The position numbers were made by a program, and so were the translations under genes. Below, in pieces: positions 28,775-38,604 of a DNA stretch of 64,000 nucleotides; within the stretch, counting starts at the first letter, position 1; each line of letters opens with the position of its first letter. The notes under the pieces were generated by a model. It made no database searches. It was given only the letters and a program-made list of their open reading frames with translations, and had not been told where the DNA came from. The stretch is from Candidatus Latescibacterota bacterium. GTDB taxonomy: Bacteria; Latescibacterota; UBA2968; UBA8231. The stretch is from NCBI GenBank assembly GCA_965219385.1, contig CBDCNM010000001.1, positions 546,631-610,630 on the forward strand, read 5' to 3'.

Positions 28775-28846
28775 TAAGTCGTTGATAAATAAAGACTTAG
28801 GAAAATCGGCACTGAAATTCGCAACTTGTTGATAAATAAGCACTTA
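28775..28846. promoter_or_regulatory. Two related 25-bp motifs; the first has palindromic arms (TAAGTC...GACTTA)
   Basis: TAAGTCGTTGATAAATAAAGACTTA at 28775 and CAACTTGTTGATAAATAAGCACTTA at 28822, 47 bp apart. Confidence 0.45.
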
Positions 28847-29192
28847 CGAGTTTTGATGCCATGGAAATCCGCTCAAAATCGAAAAAGTTTCCGAACTATT
28901 GATAACGAAACCGCATGACCATCCCCGGCTCGAGGCCGGAAGGGGATGTTGCCGGCCGCGTTTTGTGGGGGGTGGAGGTGAGGAATAGACTAAGGAGGCC
29001 GGCCGCCGCTTTCGTCAAGTACTAAAATAAAACGGTATCCCCCTTGCCTCAAGGTCTCCCAGGGCAATACAGGACAAGGTTCTATACGTCCGGGGGTGAA
29101 AAGAAGCTTGACAGAACCAAGAGAATCCTACAGTTTTTATTGCATTTAGCCCATTTGCAAACCACCTTTATCCCGATTGATTCACAAATTTG

Positions 29193-29230
29193 CCGAAATC
29201 GTACGTATACACCGAAATCGTACGTATACA
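29193..29230. repeat. Perfect 19-bp tandem duplication upstream of the TPR gene
   Basis: CCGAAATCGTACGTATACA x2. Confidence 0.9.
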
Positions 29231-29299
29231 TATTATATAAAACAATCACTCAATCAATTCTAAACATGTCGAACCTGACGGCCAAATAGGGAGCGGAAC

Positions 29300-30883
29300 A
29301 TGGTTTTGTCTTTCAGGGCTCCGTCCGCCGCTTCCGCCGCCTTCTTTTTCGCCTTGGTTCCCGCGCTGCTCTCGTCGTTGAGCTGTCAGGCCGGAAAAGA
29401 GGAGGAAATCCGGCTGTCGGCCCAGGACGAACTCAGGCAGAGGTTCCAGACCACGCCGCGGCAAAATGCGCGACTGGAGCACCTCAAGGGGGCGGTCCAC
29501 AGCGGTCTGGCGGCTGGGGATGTGGAGGTGTACTGCGATCTGGCCGGGGCCTACTTCAGCAGGGGGGACTACACCCGGGCCATCGCCGTCTACCAGAAGG
29601 CCCTCGAAATGGCGCCCGACGCGGTGCGGGCCCACTACAACCTCGGCAAGGTCTACCGGAAGATCGGCAAGCCCAACGAGGCCATACGCCACTTTGGCCG
29701 CACCATCGGGCTGGCCCCCGATTTCGCCGATGCCTATCTCAGTCTGGGGGCTGCTCATGGCCAGCGCGCGCCCATGTCAAAGGGAACTCCGACGCACGTG
29801 ATCTACACGGACCTGGAAAAAGCGGTCGAGTACTGTGCCAGAGCGGTTGAACTGGAGCCGGAGAATGCCTTTTTTCACTACAACCTGGCCCGCGCCTACG
29901 ATGTCAACAACCGCTCCGGCGAGGCCACCGCGGCCTACCAGCGCGCCCTGGACCTGGGTACCGACAACCTGGAAGTGCACAAGCACCTCGGTTCGATCTA
30001 CGCCGAACAGGGCCGGCTGGAACAAGCGGCGGCAGCGTTCCACCAGGCTATCGGGTTCGATTCCACCGACGCCGAGGTCCACTACATGATCGGCAAGGTC
30101 CTGGACAAGCAGGGAAACCACCAGGAGGCCGTGGCTGCCTACCGGCGTTCCATTGCCCTCGGACCGGATGTCCCGGATCCCCACTACAACCTGGGAAAGG
30201 CCTACCACCGACTGGGACGGGTCCAGGAGGGCCGGCGGGCGCTGGAACGCTTCGAGGCTCTGAAAGCCCGGGGAGGAGACCGGCTCTCGGCCGCTCAAAT
30301 GGGGGTGCAACAGGTGCCCGATGGGGTCGAGGAACGCCGCAACCTGGCCGTGGTCTACGCCCAGAAGGGCCGCTACAAAGAGGCCCTCGAACACCTGAGG
30401 GTGGCGTTGACCCTCGATCCTGGGGTGGCGCCGCAGATCTACCACGACATGGGCCTGATCCACGCCCGGCAGGGCGCGGATGAGAAAGCCCTCGAGGTGC
30501 TGAAAAAGGCGGTGGAACTGGCCCCGGATACCACCCGGTTTCACCTGCGGCTGGGGCAGATATACGCCAAATTAAGGCGGGATTCCCTGGCCGGGAAGGC
30601 CTTCAAACGAGCGGTGGAACTGGCCCCGGACCGGGTCAAACCGCGCTACCAGTTGGCCATGCTCTACCTGCGCGGCGGGCGCTACGCGGAAGCGACACCC
30701 CTCTTCGAGCACATCCTTGAGGCAGATCCGCACCACGTGGACGCGCGCTACGGCCTGAGCCTGATTTACATAAACACCAAGCGCTACGCAGAAGCCGCCG
30801 CCGGTTTCGAGCGGGTGCTCGCTCTAAAGCCCGACTATCCGAGGGCACTCCAGCACCTCGCCGCGGCCAGGAAGCGTCAGTGA
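29300..30883 (+). CDS. Tetratricopeptide-repeat protein, probable lipoprotein
   Basis: About 12 TPR motifs (AHYNLGKVY, AYLSLG, PHYNLGKAY); LSSLSC lipobox-like sequence. Confidence 0.88.
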   Translation: MVLSFRAPSAASAAFFFALVPALLSSLSCQAGKEEEIRLSAQDELRQRFQTTPRQNARLEHLKGAVHSGLAAGDVEVYCDLAGAYFSRGDYTRAIAVYQKALEMAPDAVRAHYNLGKVYRKIGKPNEAIRHFGRTIGLAPDFADAYLSLGAAHGQRAPMSKGTPTHVIYTDLEKAVEYCARAVELEPENAFFHYNLARAYDVNNRSGEATAAYQRALDLGTDNLEVHKHLGSIYAEQGRLEQAAAAFHQAIGFDSTDAEVHYMIGKVLDKQGNHQEAVAAYRRSIALGPDVPDPHYNLGKAYHRLGRVQEGRRALERFEALKARGGDRLSAAQMGVQQVPDGVEERRNLAVVYAQKGRYKEALEHLRVALTLDPGVAPQIYHDMGLIHARQGADEKALEVLKKAVELAPDTTRFHLRLGQIYAKLRRDSLAGKAFKRAVELAPDRVKPRYQLAMLYLRGGRYAEATPLFEHILEADPHHVDARYGLSLIYINTKRYAEAAAGFERVLALKPDYPRALQHLAAARKRQ

Positions 30884-30922
30884 GGGCTGTGTCCGAAGAA
30901 TTAAGATTGGAGTAAAAATGCT

Positions 30923-31429
30923 ATGAAAGTATTTGTTTATGTTGTATTTATTTCTATTATCCAGTTATTTTTGACCTCGTGTGCCCCGGAGAAACCCCAA
31001 AAACCAACCCAGAAGCTGAATGCCTACGAGTTGTTGGGGAGTACCCCAGAGGATTTGATAGAGCGTCTCGGAGAGCCCATCCAGTTTAATAAACACAAGC
31101 TCATAAGGTGGAAAGACGTCGATGGGGTGCGGGTTTTTGCCGCTCTCGAGAAGGGCAAGGTAACCTATGTGTCCTATATCTTCGAAAATATGAAGCGCTT
31201 TAACGAGGCCAAAGCCTTCAAGATCATCGGCATTGAACGACCAAAGGAAAAAGGCAACCGCGTCAGCGATACCTCGGCCCGGCGCTGGTCTCCCTTCGGG
31301 GCGTACGACAAGTTGACGGTGATGCCGCGCACCAAGTCCATAACCATCGGCAAGGACCCGGTCAGGAAGGTGGTGCCGTGGGATGAAATCCCCAAAGAGA
31401 AGAGGCCGGCCTGGGCCAAGGATAAGTGA
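30923..31429 (+). CDS. Hypothetical lipoprotein
   Basis: MKVFVYVVFISIIQLFLTSC lipobox; GGAG RBS. Confidence 0.75.
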   Translation: MKVFVYVVFISIIQLFLTSCAPEKPQKPTQKLNAYELLGSTPEDLIERLGEPIQFNKHKLIRWKDVDGVRVFAALEKGKVTYVSYIFENMKRFNEAKAFKIIGIERPKEKGNRVSDTSARRWSPFGAYDKLTVMPRTKSITIGKDPVRKVVPWDEIPKEKRPAWAKDK

Positions 31430-31764
31430 GCGGCCTATCCACCCTGCTACCTCGGCAAAAAAAAGGTTGCATTACAGATTTTTATTTATTACTTTTTCTA
31501 AACAAATTTGCTGAGTTTTCGCAGGGGGGCTTTCATAAAGTCGAGTTGTAGGTTGCCTTTTCCCTGGTTTTAACGCTTTTTGAGTTTCGCTGGAATTCAT
31601 TTATTTACAATATGTTTGTTATAGGGTAGATAGAACCAGACTTTTCCCAGCGCGGCGAGGAAAAGCCTTTGAGTGAAGGGGGTGATGCCTTGGATTAAAG
31701 GACGCGAAGTGGTTTTTCAGAATACACTGAAGTGAAGCTTTTATTTTCAAAGGAGGAAAGTAAA

Positions 31765-33645
31765 GTGAAAAAACTAGCTGTATTTGGACTGGCGTCGGTC
31801 CTGATCTTCGCAGGTTCGGCCTTGGCCCAGACGGTTCTCTACGGGGATGAGAACGTCGGCGCTCCGCCGGACAACTTCGACCACTGGAAAGAGGGGGTGC
31901 CCACCACCATGCAGGCCACCACCGAGGACGTCAAGTACATGTTCGAGGGCGGAGAGGTCCATATTCCCTTCACCCTCAATGGCTCCCGGGCGAATGTCCG
32001 GCTGGCGGTGTACACCGATGGACTCAATCCGCAGTACGACGGGGGCTTCCAACAAGGTGGTGGTCCGGGCAATGCCCTCTTTCGGGCCTCGGGCATAGAC
32101 ACCTTTGTCGCGGTCACCGAGGATCGGCTGTTCTCGGAAGGGAGCCACATCTTCTCCTGGGACGGCCTGGACTTCAACGGCAACCCGATCCCGGCGGGGA
32201 ACTACCAGTTCTTTCTCATCGCCCTCAACAACATAGACAATCCGACCTACATAACCTCCACCGGCAACTTGTGGACCGCCCCCTCGTGGGATTTCACCAA
32301 GGATCCGCCGCACATCTGGTGGCCCCAGGGCGGCGCCAATGGGGACTCGGCCCTCAACCGGAGCATCTGGGGGTCGAGCTACATGACCAACCCCGGCACC
32401 TGGGACAAGTTCGCGATTCCCTGGATGAACGAGCGCCGCGGCATCGAGGGCACCTTCTGGGATATCTCCTCCTACGATATTGACCCGCAGGATCCGAACA
32501 TCCACTACGCTGTCAACTACCGCGATCAGGACGATAGCGTCGACACCGACACCGGGATCTGGCGGATCAGGCATGACGAGGGCGCCGGCACCCTGCTGCC
32601 GGACGAGGACTGGGGCGGCGAGTCGGACCGGGGCTGGTTGCAATGGGAGGGCCGGCTGCCCAACGCGGCCCAGACCTCGGACCCGCACCATCCCTGGCAG
32701 GCAGACGACGGCTTCCTCTACGTGGCTTGGCGCGATAACCAGTACGAGCCCTTTACCCCCGGCATCCTCAAGCTCGACCGCGAAGCCGGCGAGGTGACGG
32801 ACATCATCGACTTCACCGATATCTACGTCCAGCCGGATTGGGGTGACACTAGCATCAGCGTGCAGGGCCCCTTTGGCATTGACCTGGACGAGCGCGGCTT
32901 CTACGCCACCGGCATGTGGCAGAACCGGAACTCGTTCCCCTCTTCCACCACCCTGGATGGGGACATCCTCTGGATCAACCAGAACGGGGATGGCTTTACC
33001 GATCGCTTCAGCATCGAAGAAGCCGAGGCCATGGGGGTGAGCCAGCCCACGGGGCTGCTGTCCATCCACGCCTATGCGCTCAAGTGGAACCTGATGATGG
33101 CTTCGGGAACGAGCGTCCCCCACAAGGCCGAACTCTACGGTCCGGATGGAGCGGGCTTGCTCAAGGTCTTCGTGCCCAAGAGCGGCTTCCAGCACACCGG
33201 CGAGGTTTACTGGATGGCCCGGGAGGACAAGACCGACGGCCTCTACTGGAGTTCGGCCCAGTCGTCTAAGATGCACTCGCCCTTTGATATAGAGCGTGGG
33301 ACCATCACCGAGGGCGAGCCCACCGCGGTCGAGGAAGTGGCTTCCGCTGCCGTGCCTACCACCTACGAGTTGAAGGACAGCTATCCCAACCCCTTCAACC
33401 CGCAGACCACCATCGAGTTCACGGTCCCGGATAAAGGCAAGGTGTTGCCTGTGAGGCTCGCGATCTACAACCCGGCCGGCCAGGAAGTTGCCGTACTGGC
33501 CGACGGGGAACTGGGTGCCGGTTTCTACAAGGCAACCTGGGACGGCCGGGATGCCCAGGGTCAGTTGGTGGCCAGTGGGGTCTATCTCTACCAGCTCACG
33601 GTGGGAGACTTCAGTGCATCCAAGCGGATGACCTTCATGAAGTAG
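31765..33645 (+). CDS. Secreted protein with an N-terminal FlgD-Ig-like domain and a C-terminal FlgD-Ig/T9SS type-A-like sorting tail
   Basis: AAGGAGG RBS, GTG 31765; signal peptide; FSWDGLDFNGNPIPAGNY; C-terminal YPNPFNPQTTIEF...WDGRDAQGQLVASGVYLYQL...KRMTFMK. Confidence 0.82.
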   Translation: MKKLAVFGLASVLIFAGSALAQTVLYGDENVGAPPDNFDHWKEGVPTTMQATTEDVKYMFEGGEVHIPFTLNGSRANVRLAVYTDGLNPQYDGGFQQGGGPGNALFRASGIDTFVAVTEDRLFSEGSHIFSWDGLDFNGNPIPAGNYQFFLIALNNIDNPTYITSTGNLWTAPSWDFTKDPPHIWWPQGGANGDSALNRSIWGSSYMTNPGTWDKFAIPWMNERRGIEGTFWDISSYDIDPQDPNIHYAVNYRDQDDSVDTDTGIWRIRHDEGAGTLLPDEDWGGESDRGWLQWEGRLPNAAQTSDPHHPWQADDGFLYVAWRDNQYEPFTPGILKLDREAGEVTDIIDFTDIYVQPDWGDTSISVQGPFGIDLDERGFYATGMWQNRNSFPSSTTLDGDILWINQNGDGFTDRFSIEEAEAMGVSQPTGLLSIHAYALKWNLMMASGTSVPHKAELYGPDGAGLLKVFVPKSGFQHTGEVYWMAREDKTDGLYWSSAQSSKMHSPFDIERGTITEGEPTAVEEVASAAVPTTYELKDSYPNPFNPQTTIEFTVPDKGKVLPVRLAIYNPAGQEVAVLADGELGAGFYKATWDGRDAQGQLVASGVYLYQLTVGDFSASKRMTFMK

Positions 33646-33672
33646 CTACCCTCGCAGTATGAGGTTGCCTGA

Positions 33673-33717
33673 CAGGTGGGTGGCGGGTGGAAGCCAGGCC
33701 ACCCACCTGATTTTTTT
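33673..33717 (+). terminator. Rho-independent terminator
   Basis: 12-bp stem CAGGTGGGTGGC/GCCACCCACCTG followed by A and T7. Confidence 0.75.
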
Positions 33718-33763
33718 ATCTCTGCTTTGGTTTTGCCAAAGAGACCGGGGAAATGGCGCACCA

Positions 33764-35890
33764 ATGAACAGAAAAAAATACCTACCAATAGTACTTCTCT
33801 CCCTCCTGATGGCCGGGGGCGAAAGCCAGGGGCAATCGTGGGAAAAGACCACCTGGAGCCAGACCCTCTATTACCGCGGGGTGTACGACGCGGACATCCC
33901 CAGCGACCAGGAGGTCACTCTCTACGTGGCCGCCGTCGACAGCTACGAGGTCTACTTCAATGGAACCCTCGTTGGTGGGGATGATGGGTGGACTCAGATG
34001 ACCGCCTATCCCGTTACCTTGGAGCAGGGGGACAACAACATTGGCGTAAAGGTGACCAACCGCGGGGTGGGCGCCGGTAATGGGGTAATGGCGGCGATCG
34101 TGGGGTCGGTGACGGATTCGCTCGGAGTGGTGAGCGATTTTTCCTATTTCGAGACCACCACGGACCGCAGCCAGGTGGTGTGGGTCTGGACCGACCAGGA
34201 GCAGGAGGACGATGCCTGGACCACGACCGGCGCCCTGAGCGAGGAAGATGGATGGCACTTCGCCCAGACCGGATCCGTGGACGCGACCCAGGTACAGGAA
34301 TTGTACGATCCAGCAATGGAAATCATCGCCGGCTTTCCCGAGGATGTGGATATCGGGAGCGTGGACGGGAGCATCGTGCTAAAGCAGATCCGGGGACAGA
34401 ACCTGGCCCTGAACAGCGTGACCAACCGCCTCAATGCCGTGGATGGGGACCTGAAAACCTCCTGGGATCCGCCGACCAATGCACTCAGCAACACCGCGCC
34501 GCTGGATTTGCAGACCAGGCACAACCTCAACACCGTCCGCATCCTCACCAGAGGCCCGGCCTTCAGGGACAATTCCCTGAGGGGGTACGCGGTGCAGATC
34601 AGCGACGACCAGATCCGCTGGTCGGAGGTGGGTAGCCTGGTCGACATCGGCGAGGTCGATACCACCCAGTTCGTCAAGACCGAGGTGAAATTCCGCTCCA
34701 CCTGGACCCGCTTTTTGCGGATATTCGTCACCCAGATCAATGGGGTGACCGCGCCGAGAGTGAGCGAAATAGAGGTGTTTGGGGAAGGTTTTACCGACCG
34801 GGGTGCCTTTGTCTCGGAGCCGCTCGACCTTGGCTCGCCGAACGCGCCCAAGAATTTTGGCCAAGTGAGCTGGCAGGCGACGGTGCCGACGCGCACTGCG
34901 CTTTCAGTGCAGTTTCGCACCGGGAATGAGGCCGACAACCCCGACGGGTGGGGCCAGTGGAGTCCGCCCTTCCTGGTGGACGCCAACGGCCGGGCATCGA
35001 TTCGGTTCCCCTCGGCCGAGCCGCGCAATTTCTTCCAGTACCGGGTGAACATGGTTTCCGAAGACCCCGACCGAACCCCGACCTTTGACGGTATCCAGCT
35101 TGATTTTTCCGCCAGCGATATCCCGGTGTCGGCGGCGCGGGGCCGGGTCGCGCCCAATCGCGTGCCCATGGGCGTGGATACCGCCTTCGTCTACACCCTG
35201 AGTCTGGATTTTTCCGCCGGGGATTCGGGGGTCGAGAAGATCTGGATCGAGGTGCCCAGCCAGGCGGTCCTCGCCGAGGACCAGATCACCGGGCTGGACG
35301 CCGGGCAAATTCAGGAATGGCGTTCCACCCAGAATGTCCTGGAGCTGGTCCTGGCGGAGCCTTTGACCAATGTCGATGAGTTGACCATTCCTTTTGCGGC
35401 GAGGACCTTTTCCAATGTCCACGAATTCCGTGCCCTTCTCTTTGGGCCGGGTTCCGACAACCCGTTGAACGCGGCGCAGGACACCGAGGTGGACCCGCTG
35501 ACCGCCGAGCCCTACTCGTGGTCCGCCATTGCCACGACCTCCATGGGCAAAACCCTCTCGGAGGTCAGGGCCACCCCGTCGGTGTTCTCGCCGAACGGCG
35601 ATGGGGACAACGATAATACCGTCTTTGAATTCATCCTCTCCAAAGTGGACACCCCGCGGGAGGTGAAAATCCAGATCTTCGATTTGAGCGGCAGGATGGT
35701 TGCCGAACTGAACCCGGATCCGGTGCTTGCGGGCACCTACCTGAGTTCTGGTCAGACCTCGCCCGGGTACTGGGATGGCCGGGGCATGGCCGGCGCCCTG
35801 GTGCCTCCCGGGATCTATCTCTACCGGGTCGAGCTGGATCTGGACGAGGACGACGAGATAGAGAGTGGTATCGTCGGCGTGGTTTACTAA
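33764..35890 (+). CDS. Secreted protein with a discoidin/F5-8-type C-like domain and a C-terminal CHU_C/FlgD-like tail
   Basis: Signal peptide; NAVDGDLKTSW...YAVQISDD...RFLRI...VSEIEVFG; C-terminal VFSPNGDGDND...WDGRGMAGALVPPGIYLYRV. Confidence 0.78.
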   Translation: MNRKKYLPIVLLSLLMAGGESQGQSWEKTTWSQTLYYRGVYDADIPSDQEVTLYVAAVDSYEVYFNGTLVGGDDGWTQMTAYPVTLEQGDNNIGVKVTNRGVGAGNGVMAAIVGSVTDSLGVVSDFSYFETTTDRSQVVWVWTDQEQEDDAWTTTGALSEEDGWHFAQTGSVDATQVQELYDPAMEIIAGFPEDVDIGSVDGSIVLKQIRGQNLALNSVTNRLNAVDGDLKTSWDPPTNALSNTAPLDLQTRHNLNTVRILTRGPAFRDNSLRGYAVQISDDQIRWSEVGSLVDIGEVDTTQFVKTEVKFRSTWTRFLRIFVTQINGVTAPRVSEIEVFGEGFTDRGAFVSEPLDLGSPNAPKNFGQVSWQATVPTRTALSVQFRTGNEADNPDGWGQWSPPFLVDANGRASIRFPSAEPRNFFQYRVNMVSEDPDRTPTFDGIQLDFSASDIPVSAARGRVAPNRVPMGVDTAFVYTLSLDFSAGDSGVEKIWIEVPSQAVLAEDQITGLDAGQIQEWRSTQNVLELVLAEPLTNVDELTIPFAARTFSNVHEFRALLFGPGSDNPLNAAQDTEVDPLTAEPYSWSAIATTSMGKTLSEVRATPSVFSPNGDGDNDNTVFEFILSKVDTPREVKIQIFDLSGRMVAELNPDPVLAGTYLSSGQTSPGYWDGRGMAGALVPPGIYLYRVELDLDEDDEIESGIVGVVY

Positions 35891-35975
35891 ACCTTGCGGC
35901 TGTGCAATCCGGGTAGCGCTTTGAGGAGGGCTACCGGAAACAGCCTTTGCCCAGAATAATCCATTGAAAAACAGG

Positions 35976-38603
35976 ATGAACAAAAAGGTGTTGCTGGGCT
36001 TCCTCCTGCTCGGTTTGGCGGCCGGCCAGACCTGGGCCCAGTCCCTCGACTGGGGCGAGCAGGAATTTCTGAACAAGGAAGAGTACCCGTGGTGGGGGCA
36101 GCGCTACGAAAACTACAGCCTGCTCAGCTACCGGGACTACGAGTACGGCACCACGCGCGACGAAAGTCCGACCTTCGATCCCTTCGGGACCTACATCCTG
36201 GACGGAGTCAACCTCCTGAACGTGTCGGAGTCCCGGACCCAGGTGCCCGGGGTGCGGGGCAGCAGCATTTCCTGGGGGGATCAGGACCGGTTCAGGGGGT
36301 TGGTCATCATGCGCGACCAGTACAAACGCTGGTCCACCCGCCTGATGATCAGCGGCAACCTGGATGCCCACTTCACCCCCCTCACGCTGGCCAAGGCCCG
36401 GCTTCCCGGTCTGCGCTGGGATGGCTCTTCACACAAGAACAGCTTTACGGTGGTGGGTTCCCGCGTCTCCACTGGTCTGGGAGGGGATCTCCAGACCTTT
36501 TCGACCTATGTGTACGGGGCGCACTGGGAGAGCCAACTGGGCGATATCGCCAACCTTGGTGTGTCCTATGTCAATCTCTTCCAGACAGATAGCATGCAGC
36601 GCAAGGGGTCCCTGCGGGGGGATTTTCCCGTGGTCTACCTTCCTTCGCGCTCATTCTATTTAATGGTCAGCGACGATTCCCCCGGGGACGAGGCCGGGGT
36701 GCAGGTCTTCGACGTGGAACTCTACGTCAATGGCGAGCGAGTCGCCATCCAGCCAGAGATCAAAAGGGTCTTCAACCTCGCTTCCGCGGAGGATGTGCCC
36801 CACCTGCGGCGGGATCGCTCCTGGGCGGCTCAGAGCATGCACTCCGGCCGCCTGCTCAATCCGCGCTTCGGGTTCTTCGCGGAGGCCGAGCCCCTTGTTC
36901 AGCAGGCGAGCGAACCCCTGAAGGTGGGGGGGACTGACCTGCTGGTCTACCGCTTTGAGTTACCCGCGGATCTGGAGGTCCAGAACCTGGACTTTCGGGC
37001 CCTGATCGCCGGAGACTACAGCCTCGACGTGGGAACCACGGCCGACTGGGAAGGCATCCTGAACCGGGTGTGGACCGACTGGCACAATGTGGCGCGGGCC
37101 CCGGGCAATGTCGGGGACGGATCCAACCTGAGGTGGGTGTCGGTCTCCTACGGGGTGCCGGTCGGTTTGACCCAGTTCGGCGCCAATTTCAGCACCAACC
37201 TGCTCGGCTTGAACCTGGAGGCCGAGTACGTCGACAACTACGCCAATTTCATCTTCCCCTTGATGGAAGGGGACCGCGAGCGGCAGCGCCACAGCGTTTA
37301 CTTTGCCAAGTTTTTGAAAGACATGGACGGCTGGGACCTCGGCGGGGAGTACTTCGACATCCCGGAGGACTTTCAGACCTCGCTTCCCATGTGGTCGGAA
37401 AGCGGCGGGGAGACCGTGACCTACGAACTGGTCGACGACAACGACGACCGCGACGAGTGGGCCGATGTAGAGGAGCACTGGGACCCGCTGGATCCGGAGT
37501 ACATCAACCTCAGCCAGCAGTCCGGGGTAGACCCCGAGACCAGGGGACCCCAGTCCGGCTACGGGGTGTTCCCGGGACTGGACAAGGAGAGGGATGGCCT
37601 GGTGGACATCAATGTCAACCGCAATGCCTTTCCCGATTACCGGGAGCCCTTTCTGATGTACCTGGTGGAGCCGGACGATTTCGTGTATGGAGACGATATG
37701 AACAACAACGGCGTGGTCGATGCCCGGGAGAACGACAACACGCCGAACTACCCCTATGAGCTCGATACCAGAGGGTTCCACCTCTTTGTCGCTCTCCAGC
37801 CGGCGAATCGGCTCGGATTGCGTCTGGGCCGCTACCAGGTCCATCAGCCGGCCGGCGGCGGCGAGAACCAGGTCAGCTACGCCAAGCTTGAGTACCTGTC
37901 CGGGCGCGACAGTGGAGGGAAGGTGGACTTTTACTACCGCATCAAGCGGGTGCGCGACGATATCCCCGATCCGGTGTACATGCCCATCGTCAATCCCCTC
38001 TCCGTGACCAATCAGGCCACCCGGATCCAGCCGGACTTGATGCTCATGAGCAACAGCCTGGTCAACACCGTCTTCGTCGAAAGTCGCTATGCGGGGCCGG
38101 GCCGGCTGCAGCTCAACAACGCCACCAAATTCGAGGTGAACACCCGGCAGGACAACCCATCCGGGGCCGGGGACCGCATCGTGGACTGGACCTGGGTGAG
38201 CAAGGCGGACTATCCCTACCCGGTCGGCCAGGTGACCATCACCCCCATGGCCAAGCTCCTGCTCCAGCGGCGCAACGCCCCCCGCGACCTGATCGCCGAC
38301 CGGAACACCTGGGAACTCTTCCCCATCCTCAGGGCGGATTATCCCCTCACCGAGAGGACCATCCTCAGGGCGGGAATGCAGGGACTGCCGGTCTTCGAGC
38401 ACTTTTTTCGCAATAAGAGGGGATCCACTGAAGACTTCGACGCCCGCCACTACGTTCTGAACATCCAGACCCAGAGCACCTACATGGGATACGACCTGAG
38501 CGTGAATCTCGGCTTCCGCTCCAGCCGCACGCGCTCCATCAACTTGCCCGGGGAGCCGGAGCAGAGGTTCAGGGAATTTTTCCTCCAAGCGCGGATTTTG
38601 TAA
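35976..38603 (+). CDS. Large secreted, putative outer-membrane protein with acidic DxNxNG/DxDxDG motifs (paralog 1 of 4)
   Basis: Signal peptide; FTPLTL...GLRWD; VDDNDDRD; VFPGLD; DMNNNGVVD; C-terminal amphipathic strands. Confidence 0.65.
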   Translation: MNKKVLLGFLLLGLAAGQTWAQSLDWGEQEFLNKEEYPWWGQRYENYSLLSYRDYEYGTTRDESPTFDPFGTYILDGVNLLNVSESRTQVPGVRGSSISWGDQDRFRGLVIMRDQYKRWSTRLMISGNLDAHFTPLTLAKARLPGLRWDGSSHKNSFTVVGSRVSTGLGGDLQTFSTYVYGAHWESQLGDIANLGVSYVNLFQTDSMQRKGSLRGDFPVVYLPSRSFYLMVSDDSPGDEAGVQVFDVELYVNGERVAIQPEIKRVFNLASAEDVPHLRRDRSWAAQSMHSGRLLNPRFGFFAEAEPLVQQASEPLKVGGTDLLVYRFELPADLEVQNLDFRALIAGDYSLDVGTTADWEGILNRVWTDWHNVARAPGNVGDGSNLRWVSVSYGVPVGLTQFGANFSTNLLGLNLEAEYVDNYANFIFPLMEGDRERQRHSVYFAKFLKDMDGWDLGGEYFDIPEDFQTSLPMWSESGGETVTYELVDDNDDRDEWADVEEHWDPLDPEYINLSQQSGVDPETRGPQSGYGVFPGLDKERDGLVDINVNRNAFPDYREPFLMYLVEPDDFVYGDDMNNNGVVDARENDNTPNYPYELDTRGFHLFVALQPANRLGLRLGRYQVHQPAGGGENQVSYAKLEYLSGRDSGGKVDFYYRIKRVRDDIPDPVYMPIVNPLSVTNQATRIQPDLMLMSNSLVNTVFVESRYAGPGRLQLNNATKFEVNTRQDNPSGAGDRIVDWTWVSKADYPYPVGQVTITPMAKLLLQRRNAPRDLIADRNTWELFPILRADYPLTERTILRAGMQGLPVFEHFFRNKRGSTEDFDARHYVLNIQTQSTYMGYDLSVNLGFRSSRTRSINLPGEPEQRFREFFLQARIL

Positions 38604-38604
38604 T

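Noticed and set aside
28915..29010. Hairpin CATCCCC...GGGGATG considered as a riboswitch or ncRNA
   Set aside because: No recognisable conserved riboswitch motif; a single stem is insufficient evidence.
19912..29230. Short repeats (13-, 19- and 25-bp) considered as CRISPR arrays
   Set aside because: Only 2-3 units each, no series of unique regularly sized spacers, and no cas genes.
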